Of a DNA stretch of 64,000 bases, positions 37,001 to 45,516 are shown in pieces; positions within the stretch are counted from its first letter, which is position 1, and each line of letters begins with the position of its first letter. The notes under the pieces are model-generated. The model was not told the DNA's origin. It worked only from the letters and a program-made list of their open reading frames with translations, and searched no databases. This DNA is from an uncultured Lachnospiraceae bacterium (lineage in GTDB: Bacteria > Bacillota > Clostridia > Lachnospirales > Lachnospiraceae), in the NCBI GenBank assembly GCA_910589105.1, contig CAJUST010000011.1, positions 1 through 64,000 on the forward strand, read 5' to 3'. The position numbers and the translations under genes are program-made.

Positions 37001-39275
37001 GCAATATGTCGGAACGATTGAAGCGGGACATGCGGCAAAACATACAGGGACAAAAAATGTAGATTATCCGTATGACCAGCAAAACTGTATTTTAAATACA
37101 ACAGATATTATGATGAGGGAAATGATGTATTCCGTACCTGCAACTCAGGTTTGGGCAGGCATCAAAAACGCAGAAGATAAAGCGGTAAAACTTGACCTTG
37201 CCTTAAAAGCAATGGAAAAAACAATGACGCTGTTTTACCAGCATAAAGGATTAAGTGATAACGCGGGAACCGTAAGAGGAAATAACGCATGGCCGGCGCA
37301 GCACTTGAATATCCGTTATATGAGAATGTTTGCCGGAGCGTTTATGTATGCGTCAGGCAACCACATTGGCGTAGAATGGGGTTCCACATTATTAGCAAGC
37401 GCGCCAAACGACTGGTCAGGATTTGGCTGGGGCGTAGCGCATGAAATTGGGCATGACATCAATCAGGGCGCATATGCGGTTGCGGAAATCACAAACAATT
37501 ACTTTGCGCAGCTATTGACAAAAGTTCCCGGAAAGACAAGATTCACATACAAAAATGTCTACGACAAAGTAACGTCAAATACAATCGGACGCTCTCCGAA
37601 TGTAGCGACGCAACTTGCATTGTACTGGCAGCTCCATATTGCATATGACAATAATAAGGACGACAGACATATTTACGACAACTATGAAGATCAGTTCAAT
37701 AACCTGTTCTTTGCAAGAGTGGACACTTATTCAAGGAATCCAAAAATGGCTCCGCAGGAAGGATTAACGTTAGACGGAGGCTCAGAACAGAACATTATGC
37801 GTCTTGCATGCGCGGCGGCAAATAAAAATATTCTTCCTTTCTTTGTGCGCTGGGGTATGCAGCCAGATGAGAAAACAACTGCATATGCGGCAAAATATGG
37901 AGAGGCGGAAACGAAAGCGCTCTATTATGTCAATGACGATGCAAGAGATTACCGCGTGGATCATCCAAATGAGGAAGGGACAATAAAAGATCAGGATGCC
38001 GTTACTACAGCTACAGTAAATGCAGCCGGAAATCAGGCGGAAATCACGATTGCGACAGATCGCAGCGCAGAGCTTATGCTTGGCTATGAAATCAGCCGCA
38101 GTATGATTTCAAACGGTAAAAAATCCACTCAGGTAATTGGGTTTGCGCCGATTGACACAGCGGACTCTACCGTTTTTGTAGACTCCATTTCATCAATTAA
38201 CAATCGGGTAATGGAATATGAAGTCCGCGCAGTGGATAAATACTTGAATTATTCCAATGTAAAAACGGCTGGTTCAGTAAAGATTCAGACAGACGGCGTA
38301 TTAAATAAATCTGAATGGACAGTGGAGACAACAATGACTTCGGCTGACGATACCGTAATCGAGCCGGACGGAGAAGATCCGGACAGCGGATATGAAGCGG
38401 AAGATCCGGCAGGCGTAGAAGCGAAAAAGGTCAACAGCATTACAAGGATTTTAGACAATGACAGGACAGCGGCTGGAACTTATAACGGAGTAAGCGGCGG
38501 CGCCGCGTCAATTACCATAGATATGCGTAAGACAGAAGAAGTGACGGCATTAAAATATCAGGGTTCTGCAGTTGCTTCGGCGGCAGTTGAAGTCAGCCCA
38601 GATGGTGAGAATTGGACAAAAGTGAAAGAGAACGTTTCTCTTGCCGCAAATGCAGAGCAGACGGTATGGTTTGATTCCGTCAATGAAGAAGACCGCAAGA
38701 ACTGGATTGGCACTTACGATGCGAAATATGTAAGGCTGACGCTGTCGCAGGCAGGCAGTATTTCCATTCAGGAAATCGAAATCTGCGGCCCGACAGGGGA
38801 TAATTTGGAATTTATGGCAACGGAAGAAGGCCAGCCGGCAATCGGCGTATTGAAGGAAGACTTTACATATGGCGAAGAAGCGGCGGACGTAATTCCGGCA
38901 GGCTCATTAATCTTTACCGGGACATATAAAGGAAATCCGGCATATAATATAGTTGCGCTCTATGATGCAAATGGCAATGTAATCGGGGAAAAAGATGGAA
39001 ATGTCTCTGCGGAACAAATAATTTTGGCGGACGTTCCGGAACAAGGAAATCTGGGTGAAACCTCAGACGGAACTTGGGTATATTATGTAAGGCCGGATCA
39101 GTGGAATTTAGAAGCGATAAGGAACACAGGCTTCGTGCGTGGAGAATTATACCGTGTAGACAATGCCCTGACGTTAGAGGGCGAGCGTATTGTCAGTGAT
39201 ACAAAACTGCTTGAGATTCCTCAGGAATTGCCGGATATTACGCTTCAAGGAGGTAAGTATGAAAAATTGGATTAA
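34044..39275 (+). CDS. Dockerin-containing M60-like/enhancin-like zinc metallopeptidase (HEIGH) with FN3 and F5/8 type C (discoidin) domains, 1743 aa, secreted
   Basis: Signal peptide MKRMVAMLLAGCLAFQTWIGNA. Two dockerin Ca-binding repeats are present (GDVNQDGVIDQTDIDGM and DLNQDGKVDMADLQYIV, about 34507-34660). FN3-like segments follow. The zincin motif GWGVAHEIGHD lies at 37439-37456 within a region of about 400 aa. Two discoidin-like domains are present (DNNFGSYWEK..., and the C-terminal ASITIDMRKTEEVTALKYQG...VRLTLSQAGSISIQEIEICG). Confidence 0.55.
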   Translation: MKRMVAMLLAGCLAFQTWIGNAKPVFGAQTASGSVDFGEAQAASESVDSGKAQSVLEVGVRSSAQFPFQGDVTVQIGRGSEVVESKDLKFEGSKASFAAARFEVSEGDYTVTVKSVQFADYTQDVKAQNGWKTKILISPSRIETGNEAAPGWIRVGDVNQDGVIDQTDIDGMMSKIREGSMEAAFDLNQDGKVDMADLQYIVQSIDEHRESTVEKLGIVQTIQQAEGATMEGNVNDFLNGTGALKLKPENANAQISAENPVGINFTLVEDTKKAVEIQGIVVHAPVTDEQGVISNEITEGEVIYTDAEGKETSVPFSAAAKPKQKKNRALFAANASNRAASISADVEADGSLVLDFGGQIAVKRVTIKITGTKKTEPLVNIAKVDFVNDMENRIPAPQMDIPTLGVPQSVDKGLIVSWNPQKNVTGYEVYISGPVKNQEEHETQIVRVSNITHTISSINDKPLLNFEKYKIKARSVNGDWSSPWSNEVIGEPKPTKLPAAPDNVSATGGYRTIEVSWKDMDDANGYMVYYKKTKDADTEYRPVIEGFTQVKEGTGKINATHYVIAGLEDEVEYSVYVVGWNDLGWGSPSLSASALTKLNVPPQLPNYKLLNTSNGEGAVSAHITAASYGGHGGAKMVGSALDTAEKSALGLVDNNFGSYWEKTDWDDGVAYPADNKGFTVTLDQDYKMNFITFASADEKAALQYARIGYWNTASTGKQNVGARLYRKLDSRNNPYYIIKLDQAITANKVNICLGRDSVRASMMVGEIHFHYYDSLEDDIMGLYTDEMHATLRADVTESVIQALEARLELVDEASGEKHPLYNELTLELKTAREILNSNLACAYEVENQITGSKDGHLGFGGLNSWQPVGKTVYAGESLLVYVGHNTKRTGDKASLQLVFTQQHAEAATLSKAVSLKVGRNEITVPQIVSKEFERGGQLYVAYTGNNANDKYAVRISGGSDIPVLSVYGKTQEQRMAAISAYVKELEQYVGTIEAGHAAKHTGTKNVDYPYDQQNCILNTTDIMMREMMYSVPATQVWAGIKNAEDKAVKLDLALKAMEKTMTLFYQHKGLSDNAGTVRGNNAWPAQHLNIRYMRMFAGAFMYASGNHIGVEWGSTLLASAPNDWSGFGWGVAHEIGHDINQGAYAVAEITNNYFAQLLTKVPGKTRFTYKNVYDKVTSNTIGRSPNVATQLALYWQLHIAYDNNKDDRHIYDNYEDQFNNLFFARVDTYSRNPKMAPQEGLTLDGGSEQNIMRLACAAANKNILPFFVRWGMQPDEKTTAYAAKYGEAETKALYYVNDDARDYRVDHPNEEGTIKDQDAVTTATVNAAGNQAEITIATDRSAELMLGYEISRSMISNGKKSTQVIGFAPIDTADSTVFVDSISSINNRVMEYEVRAVDKYLNYSNVKTAGSVKIQTDGVLNKSEWTVETTMTSADDTVIEPDGEDPDSGYEAEDPAGVEAKKVNSITRILDNDRTAAGTYNGVSGGAASITIDMRKTEEVTALKYQGSAVASAAVEVSPDGENWTKVKENVSLAANAEQTVWFDSVNEEDRKNWIGTYDAKYVRLTLSQAGSISIQEIEICGPTGDNLEFMATEEGQPAIGVLKEDFTYGEEAADVIPAGSLIFTGTYKGNPAYNIVALYDANGNVIGEKDGNVSAEQIILADVPEQGNLGETSDGTWVYYVRPDQWNLEAIRNTGFVRGELYRVDNALTLEGERIVSDTKLLEIPQELPDITLQGGKYEKLD

Positions 39276-40425
39276 ATGTATGTTATTGACAATGTTTCTT
39301 ATTGTTGCGGCGCCTTTAGACGCCGCAGCGGCAAGCGACAGCCAAATGCTTACAGTAGATAAAAATGACGTTATCCTGACCGTAAACCTTCCAGAAGGAA
39401 AAACAGATAAGATTACGTCACTCCGTATAAAACTCCATGTTTCGGTTCTTTCAGGAACGATGGAACAGCCATCATTTCAGTTTGAGGAATCATTGAACAG
39501 CCGGATTAAAGATTCTCAGATCCGGCAGTTGGAGGACGGAAGCTACCTTGTGGATTTAATTCTTTCAGGAAAGGAAGATCAGGATATTTTTTCTGGAAAT
39601 GAATCTGTGAAAACAGGAAAATTATCCCTACACCCTTCCAGTCAGGAATATCAGGCAAAAGTGGAGTTTGCATCCGGAACCGAAGGCAGTAATGAGCCGG
39701 TAATTAGATATGTAGATGCAAGCGGTTTGAATGAAATGTCACTTCTTTTGGACAGCCCGCAAAGCGTTTTCGTAAAAAATGAGACGGCAGAGCCGCCAGC
39801 GGAACAGCCGCCTGCCGGTGATCCGTCGGATCAGACGCCTGTGGAGGAGGCTTTTGGCAAAAAGCCGAAACTGAAAGCGTCACCTGTGAAAGGTTCAAAC
39901 AGCATTGTGTTTGAATGGAAGAAAGTCGCGGATGCAGATGGCTATGAAATTTACCAATACAATGCAAAATCAAAAACTTATAAGAGACTGAAAAAAATCA
40001 ACAATCCTTCCGTTACGGCATATTCCAAAAAATTTAAGTATGCCACGTCTTATACGTTTAAGTTTCGGGCGTATAAGAACAAAGAGGACGGCTCTAAGTC
40101 ATATGGGAAATACAGCTCGGCTGTAAAGGTCACAACGTCGCCAAAAAAGGTAACGAAAGTTACTTTAAAAAATACAGAGGCGAAGAAGTCGACCATTTCA
40201 TGGAAAAAAGTATCGAATGCAAAAGGATACCAGATTTACCGGAGTAAGAAAAAAGGCGGAACCTATAAACTGCTTAAAACAATCAAAAAGGGAAAAACGA
40301 CAAAGTGGGCAGTAAACAAGCCGAAAAAAGGCGGGGTATACTATTACAAAGTCAGGGCTTATGTAAAGAATGCGAAGGGAAAACGCATTGACGGTAAGTT
40401 CAGTTCCGTAATATCTTTAAAATAG
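39259..40425 (+). CDS. Secreted protein translationally coupled to the M60 protease gene: N-terminal ~200-aa beta-rich domain (cohesin-like?) plus two Lys-rich FN3-like domains
   Basis: The ATG at 39259 lies 8 nt after aggaggt and overlaps the upstream stop (39273-39275). Signal peptide MKNWIKCMLLTMFLIVAAPLDAAAA. C-terminal repeats VFEWKKVADADGYEIYQY... and ISWKKVSNAKGYQIYRSKK... are FN3-like. Confidence 0.5.
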   Translation: MKNWIKCMLLTMFLIVAAPLDAAAASDSQMLTVDKNDVILTVNLPEGKTDKITSLRIKLHVSVLSGTMEQPSFQFEESLNSRIKDSQIRQLEDGSYLVDLILSGKEDQDIFSGNESVKTGKLSLHPSSQEYQAKVEFASGTEGSNEPVIRYVDASGLNEMSLLLDSPQSVFVKNETAEPPAEQPPAGDPSDQTPVEEAFGKKPKLKASPVKGSNSIVFEWKKVADADGYEIYQYNAKSKTYKRLKKINNPSVTAYSKKFKYATSYTFKFRAYKNKEDGSKSYGKYSSAVKVTTSPKKVTKVTLKNTEAKKSTISWKKVSNAKGYQIYRSKKKGGTYKLLKTIKKGKTTKWAVNKPKKGGVYYYKVRAYVKNAKGKRIDGKFSSVISLK

Positions 40426-40658
40426 TTTTTCGCATAATAAGGAGGCAGTGTTTCGTAAGGGACGCTGCCTTTTTTGTCTGCATTAAATTTTTCGTTAAAT
40501 TGACGTATAGTAAAATTGGCAATAAAAAAATATTGTATAATTTACATAAAAGTATTATAATGAGGTTATTGGTAAACTTAAGATAATAGAATGACTGCGT
40601 TCCATTAGCGAAAGGTATGCCATCAGATTGGATTCTAAAAAGTGAAAGGGGAAGAGGA

Positions 40659-42365
40659 ATGTTAAAATTCAACAATGAAAGAATCGAAAAAAGACTTACG
40701 AAATCATTTGTTATGGTTTCAGCGATTTCGGCAATCGCGGCAGTCGTAGGACTGATTGCAATGCTGGTTCTTGCAAGCAGATATTCTTATGCGTTAAAGA
40801 ATTTTGGATTTGCGCAAGGAGATATCGGACAGGCGTTGTTTGCATTTGCAGATACAAGGTCTTCACTGCGCGCAGCGATTGGCTATGACGACGCGGATGC
40901 AATCCAAAACGTAGTAGAGCAGCATAAAGAAATGAAAGCAACGTTTGAAGAATACTTTGCTAAAGTAGAAAACACGATCGTATCGAAAGACGGCAGGGCG
41001 ACTTATGATGAAATTGTTTCGGAATTGGATGCTTATTGGGAGATGGATACGCAGATTTTAGAGCTTGGAGCGACGACAGACAGGGAACTTTGTAAACAGG
41101 CTCAGGACATTGCGTTAAATGAGTTGGCGGGAAAATACAACAGTATTTATGAAAAATTAGAAGGGCTGTTAACTGTAAAGATAAATGAAGGAAACAGCCT
41201 TTCTACGACCCTTCGTATATTGTCTATTGTATTAGCGGCTTTTATAATTGTAGTGATTGTGTCGGCTATGCTGGTTTCAACAAAGATGGGCAAGGGAATT
41301 GCAAAGGGAATTGCAAAACCATTGGCTGATCTGGGCCAACGCTTAAAAGCTCTCGGCGGTGGAGATTTTTCATCTCCGTTTCCGGAAGTTGAAGCGGACG
41401 ATGAAGTTGCGGACATGGTTCAGGATGCAAGGGATATGTCAGATAAGTTGAATGCGATTATTGATGATCTAGGCCTTCTTTTGGGTGAAATGTCGACAGG
41501 GAATTATGCAGTCAGGACTGCAATACCGGAACAGTACACCGGGGAGTTTGCAAAGATGCTTCAGGCTATGCGGGATTTAAGAAATCAAATGACGGCTACG
41601 CTCCGTTCCATCGGGGAAGCATCTAATCAGGTTTCCGCAGGCTCCGGAAATTTAGCAGAGTCGGCGCAGGGACTTGCAGAAGGAGCAGTAGAGCAGGCAG
41701 GCGCAGTTCAGGAGCTTCAGGCGACGATTATCAGCATTACGGAAGCAATGCAAAGAAGCGCGGAAGATGCAGGGGATTCCTATACCCAGACACAAAAGTG
41801 CGCAGAAGAAGCGGATAACAGCCGGGAAGGCATGAACACAGTTGTAGAAGCAATGAAGAAAATTGACGACACGTCCACGAAAATCGGAAATATTATTTCG
41901 GAAATTGAATCAATCGCTTCCCAGACCAATCTTCTGTCATTGAATGCATCCATTGAAGCGGCAAGAGCAGGCGAGGCAGGCCGCGGCTTTGCAGTTGTGG
42001 CGGATCAGATCCGTCAGCTTGCAGAGCAGAGCGCAAAAGCGGCAGTGGATACAAGAGAGCTGATTGAAGGCTCCCTTCAGGAAATTGAGGGTGGAAACCG
42101 CGCGGTGGAAAGCGCATCTAGCTCGATTGGAATTGTTGTAGACGGGATCAAGCAGATTGCAGACGTTTCTAAGCAGTTAAGCATTATGATCGGAGATCAG
42201 AGTGAGACGATGCGCCAGGCTGAGCAGGGCGTTTCCCAGATTTCGGACGTTGTGCAGAATAACTCAGCGGCGGCTCAGGAGACGTCAGCGACCAGTGAGG
42301 AATTATCGGCTCAGGCGACGACGCTCGACGATTTAGTAGGCCAGTTCACTTTTTTAGATGAATAA
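40659..42365 (+). CDS. Methyl-accepting chemotaxis protein (TM-sensor-TM-HAMP-MCP signal domain)
   Basis: Start 40659 (RBS aaaggggaagagg). Two TM segments bracket a ligand-binding region of about 150 aa, followed by a HAMP domain. The MCP signalling domain follows ([35 protein letters not shown]), ending [23 protein letters not shown]. Confidence 0.85.
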   Translation: MLKFNNERIEKRLTKSFVMVSAISAIAAVVGLIAMLVLASRYSYALKNFGFAQGDIGQALFAFADTRSSLRAAIGYDDADAIQNVVEQHKEMKATFEEYFAKVENTIVSKDGRATYDEIVSELDAYWEMDTQILELGATTDRELCKQAQDIALNELAGKYNSIYEKLEGLLTVKINEGNSLSTTLRILSIVLAAFIIVVIVSAMLVSTKMGKGIAKGIAKPLADLGQRLKALGGGDFSSPFPEVEADDEVADMVQDARDMSDKLNAIIDDLGLLLGEMSTGNYAVRTAIPEQYTGEFAKMLQAMRDLRNQMTATLRSIGEASNQVSAGSGNLAESAQGLAEGAVEQAGAVQELQATIISITEAMQRSAEDAGDSYTQTQKCAEEADNSREGMNTVVEAMKKIDDTSTKIGNIISEIESIASQTNLLSLNASIEAARAGEAGRGFAVVADQIRQLAEQSAKAAVDTRELIEGSLQEIEGGNRAVESASSSIGIVVDGIKQIADVSKQLSIMIGDQSETMRQAEQGVSQISDVVQNNSAAAQETSATSEELSAQATTLDDLVGQFTFLDE

Positions 42366-42504
42366 CCAATGAAACAAACAATGCGTACATAGAGTTCCTG
42401 TTTCAAGAAATGAGTGAAGGAAAAACGCTGTTCATACTTTTTTGGCTATGGACAGCGTTTTTTGACGAATCTTTTATAAATGAGAGGCTGTAAGGAGCTG
42501 GGAT

Positions 42505-43224
42505 ATGGATAAATTGAAAAATTGGTTTAGGAAGATAAAGTTAGATACAGATAAGAAAAAAAGCAGTGCAGGTGATCAGATGAAGAAATTATTGCTGGCG
42601 GCAGTACTAGTTTTAATTTGCGTTTTTTCAATAAGAAGCTGCGCAGTAAAAGATTATGAGAACAAGGAATTGCAAAATAAGCTGGAAGAAATGGAACGTA
42701 AGCGGGTAGCGGTAGATTTGATTCAGGAAGAAGTAAAAAAGATTTCAGAATATAGCGCATATGAGATTAATTATACGACGATGTTGCATTTTTCTGACCA
42801 AAATGAAATCAAGGGATTTAAAATCCCGCTGACCGGAAATAATTTCATTGCAACGATTGACGGGAAAATGAAAATCGGAATTAATGGGGAAAATGTTTCG
42901 TTTAAGGAAATAACGGATTCGGAAGGGAAAGTGACAAAGATAGAACTGACGGTTCCGCATTCGGAGATTCTGGATAACTATACAATACAGGATTCTTTAG
43001 AAGTTTATGATGAGAAAAATAATATTTTTAATCCGGTAAAAGTATCGGATTATACGAAATTGATCGTTGAGGCAGAGGAGAAAGAGAAGAAAAAAGCGTT
43101 GGAAAGCGATATTATAGAAAAATCAGATGAAGCGGCGCATTATTTGCTGACAACTTATTTTCAGGCGGTATATGGGCAAGAGACAGAAGTAAGGTATCAG
43201 TATCTTGAGGAGAAAGAGGAATAA
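42505..43224 (+). CDS. Membrane-anchored hypothetical protein (DUF4230-like?)
   Basis: RBS aaggag. An N-terminal basic tail and TM anchor (KKLLLAAVLVLICVFSI) are followed by an extracytoplasmic domain of about 190 aa. A terminator follows at 43229-43260 (aaaagggctgtaaaatacagcccttttttat). Confidence 0.35.
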   Translation: MDKLKNWFRKIKLDTDKKKSSAGDQMKKLLLAAVLVLICVFSIRSCAVKDYENKELQNKLEEMERKRVAVDLIQEEVKKISEYSAYEINYTTMLHFSDQNEIKGFKIPLTGNNFIATIDGKMKIGINGENVSFKEITDSEGKVTKIELTVPHSEILDNYTIQDSLEVYDEKNNIFNPVKVSDYTKLIVEAEEKEKKKALESDIIEKSDEAAHYLLTTYFQAVYGQETEVRYQYLEEKEE

Positions 43225-43262
43225 GAAAAAGGGCTGTAAAATACAGCCCTTTTTTATCAAAT

Positions 43263-43436
43263 TTAACTAATCCGGAATCGGCTGATCAAGCTGTTAAGCC
43301 TGAGCGCCTGCGCAGAAAGCTCTTTGGAAACTTCAGCGCTTTCTTTTGCAGATGCAGTATTTGTCTGCGCGACTTCGGAATTTTGAAGAAGTTCATGGAC
43401 TTCAGAAGCTAAGGCAAACGCAGCCATATATTCCTC
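43263..43436 (-). pseudogene. 3'-terminal remnant of a methyl-accepting chemotaxis protein gene (last ~57 codons)
   Basis: The minus-strand translation MAAFALASEVHELLQNSEVAQTNTASAKESAEVSKELSAQALRLNSLISRFRIS* is a canonical MCP C-terminus (EELSAQAxxLNxLIxxFK). The frame is open upstream of the Met, but the rest of the gene is missing. No intact MCP body is present on this strand. Confidence 0.55.
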
Positions 43437-43723
43437 GGCAGTGGAAGTATAGATTTTTGGAGATAAACGCTTTCTCTGTGGAGAAGTTAGTTGAAATATT
43501 TCACTGAATTAGCGGGATAAGCATGTGAACAAATTCCTAACGTTTGCTTGTGAAAGCAGAAAGAAAGTATCTTCTCACACTCGATTATTAATATAGAGCA
43601 GGATTTCTTTTGTGTCTAATATTCTTGCTGAATGTAAGCGGATTATAAGCAGGAAAATCAGGGGAGAGGGAACGTTTGTTTTGCTGTTTGGCAATGTTCT
43701 TTTTAGAAATATATTGGATAAGA

Positions 43724-43751
43724 CATATCAGGGAATGTTCCCGCATACATT
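43724..43751 (+). promoter_or_regulatory. Sigma-E-type sporulation promoter (CATATC-14-CATACATT) upstream of spoIIID
   Basis: The -10 CATACATT matches the B. subtilis sigma-E consensus CATACAnT. The -35 ATATC is close to ATATT with a 14-nt spacer. spoIIID is sigma-E-dependent in Bacillus. Confidence 0.4.
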
Positions 43752-43780
43752 GTAAAAATAAGTATCTCAGGGGAATTTTT

Positions 43781-44035
43781 TTGAAAAGCTATATTGAGGA
43801 AAGAGCTATGGAGATAGCCAAATATATTATTGAGAACAATGCGACAGTAAGGCAGACGGCGAACCAATTTGGGATAAGTAAAAGCACGGTACATAAAGAC
43901 GTCACGGAACGCCTCCCGCAAATCAACCCGTCTCTAGCCCAAAATGCCAGAAAAGTCCTTGATGTAAATAAGTCGGAGCGCCATATCCGTGGCGGATTGG
44001 CGACGAGGGAAAAATATCTGCATCAGCGCATTTAG
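43781..44035 (+). CDS. spoIIID: Stage III sporulation transcriptional regulator SpoIIID
   Basis: LKSYIEERAMEIAKYIIENNATVRQTANQFGISKSTVHKDVTERLPQINPSLAQ aligns with B. subtilis SpoIIID (DYIKERTIKIGKYIVE...FGVSKSTVHKDLTERLPEINP). The likely start is TTG at 43781 with RBS aggggaa. The ATG at 43808 would truncate the conserved N-terminus. Confidence 0.8.
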   Translation: MKSYIEERAMEIAKYIIENNATVRQTANQFGISKSTVHKDVTERLPQINPSLAQNARKVLDVNKSERHIRGGLATREKYLHQRI

Positions 44036-44100
44036 TTTAATGCAATATTGTACGAAAGACGCCGAATGTGTTAAGACAAAAAAGAAAGAAGGCGTAAGAA

Positions 44101-45453
44101 ATGGAAGAAACAGAGAGCAGGCAATATCAAAAAATGACGGAAACGCCTATTTGGAAGCTTGCGCTGCGGTTTGGCCTGCCGACAACGGTAAGTATGCTAA
44201 TTACAAATATCTATAATATGGCAGATACATTTTATGTCAGTAAAATCAGCGTTTCTGCCAGTGGGGCGACGGGAATTGTCTTTGCGTTAATGGCTGTGTT
44301 ACAGGCGTTTGGATTTATGTTTGGCCATGGGGCGGGGAGCAATATCAGCCGTCTGCTTGGCGCGAAAAAAATCGAACGCGCGAAAGTGTTTACATCCACA
44401 AGCGTATTTTTGTCTTTTGCCGCCGGCTTACTGATTGGCGTATTGGGTCTGTTGTTTCCGGATGCGCTTATGCGTATGCTTGGCAGTACGGACACCATAC
44501 TTTCGGACGCAAAAATGTATGGGATATTTATTTTAATATCTGCTCCTGCATTGACGGTTGGATGCGCTTTGAATAACATTTTACGATATGAAGGGGAAGC
44601 CGCATATGCAATGGCGGGACTTTGCGCAGGCGGGATTTTAAATATGCTTTTAGATCCGGTGTTGATTTTCCAATGCCAGATGGGAATTGCCGGAGCAGGA
44701 TTATCGACGGCAGTTTCGCAATATCTGAGCACGGCAATCCTGTTTCTTCCATTTATCCGGAAAAAAACAGTAACGGAGATTCGGTTCCGTTTTATGTCAA
44801 AAGAGCGTGAGGATATTCAAAACATAATCCTTACCGGACTTCCAAGCCTTGCAAGACAGGGCTTAAACAGTGTGTCCACAGCAGTTCTTAATTTACAGGC
44901 GGCAATGTTTGGCGACGCCGCGGTTGCCGCAATGAGCATTGTAGGCAGGTGCGGCAACCTATTGTTTAGTTTTGCGCTTGGGATTGCGCAGGGCTTCCAG
45001 CCGATTTGCGCGTTTAATTATGGGGCGGGCAAACATGACAGGGTGAAAAAATCGGCGTTATTTACCATCTTGTTTGGAATGGGCGTTATGGGCGCGCTTT
45101 GCGCCGTCTGTGATTTATTTGCGGTGGAAATCATACGACTGTTTCGGGAAGAAGAAAGTGTGGTTAAGGCTGGCGCCGATGCATTTCATTGGATGTGCCG
45201 CACTCTGTATTTTCTTCCGATTTCCGCAGTCGGCAGTATGCTGTTTCAGAGCATAGGCAAAAAAGGACGATCATTTTTCATTGCGGCGCTGCAAAGCGGA
45301 TGCATTTCTATTCCATGTATGCTGATATTGCCAAACTTATTTGGAATTGCCGGAATCCAAATGGCGCAGCCGTGCGCATACCTGATTGCAGGGGCGCTTA
45401 CAATACCTGTTCTTTTGCTGTTTTTTAAACAGGAAAGTAAAAAAATTACATAA
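44101..45453 (+). CDS. MATE family efflux transporter (third copy)
   Basis: 450 aa and 12 TM helices. The N-terminal region TPIWKLALRFGLPTTVSMLITNIYNMADTFYVSKI is MATE-like. Confidence 0.75.
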   Translation: MEETESRQYQKMTETPIWKLALRFGLPTTVSMLITNIYNMADTFYVSKISVSASGATGIVFALMAVLQAFGFMFGHGAGSNISRLLGAKKIERAKVFTSTSVFLSFAAGLLIGVLGLLFPDALMRMLGSTDTILSDAKMYGIFILISAPALTVGCALNNILRYEGEAAYAMAGLCAGGILNMLLDPVLIFQCQMGIAGAGLSTAVSQYLSTAILFLPFIRKKTVTEIRFRFMSKEREDIQNIILTGLPSLARQGLNSVSTAVLNLQAAMFGDAAVAAMSIVGRCGNLLFSFALGIAQGFQPICAFNYGAGKHDRVKKSALFTILFGMGVMGALCAVCDLFAVEIIRLFREEESVVKAGADAFHWMCRTLYFLPISAVGSMLFQSIGKKGRSFFIAALQSGCISIPCMLILPNLFGIAGIQMAQPCAYLIAGALTIPVLLLFFKQESKKIT

Positions 45454-45516
45454 TTTTAAAGGGAAAAGGGCACGATAAAGCCGTAATCATTATTTTAAAT
45501 GTGGAGGCTTTTCGTG

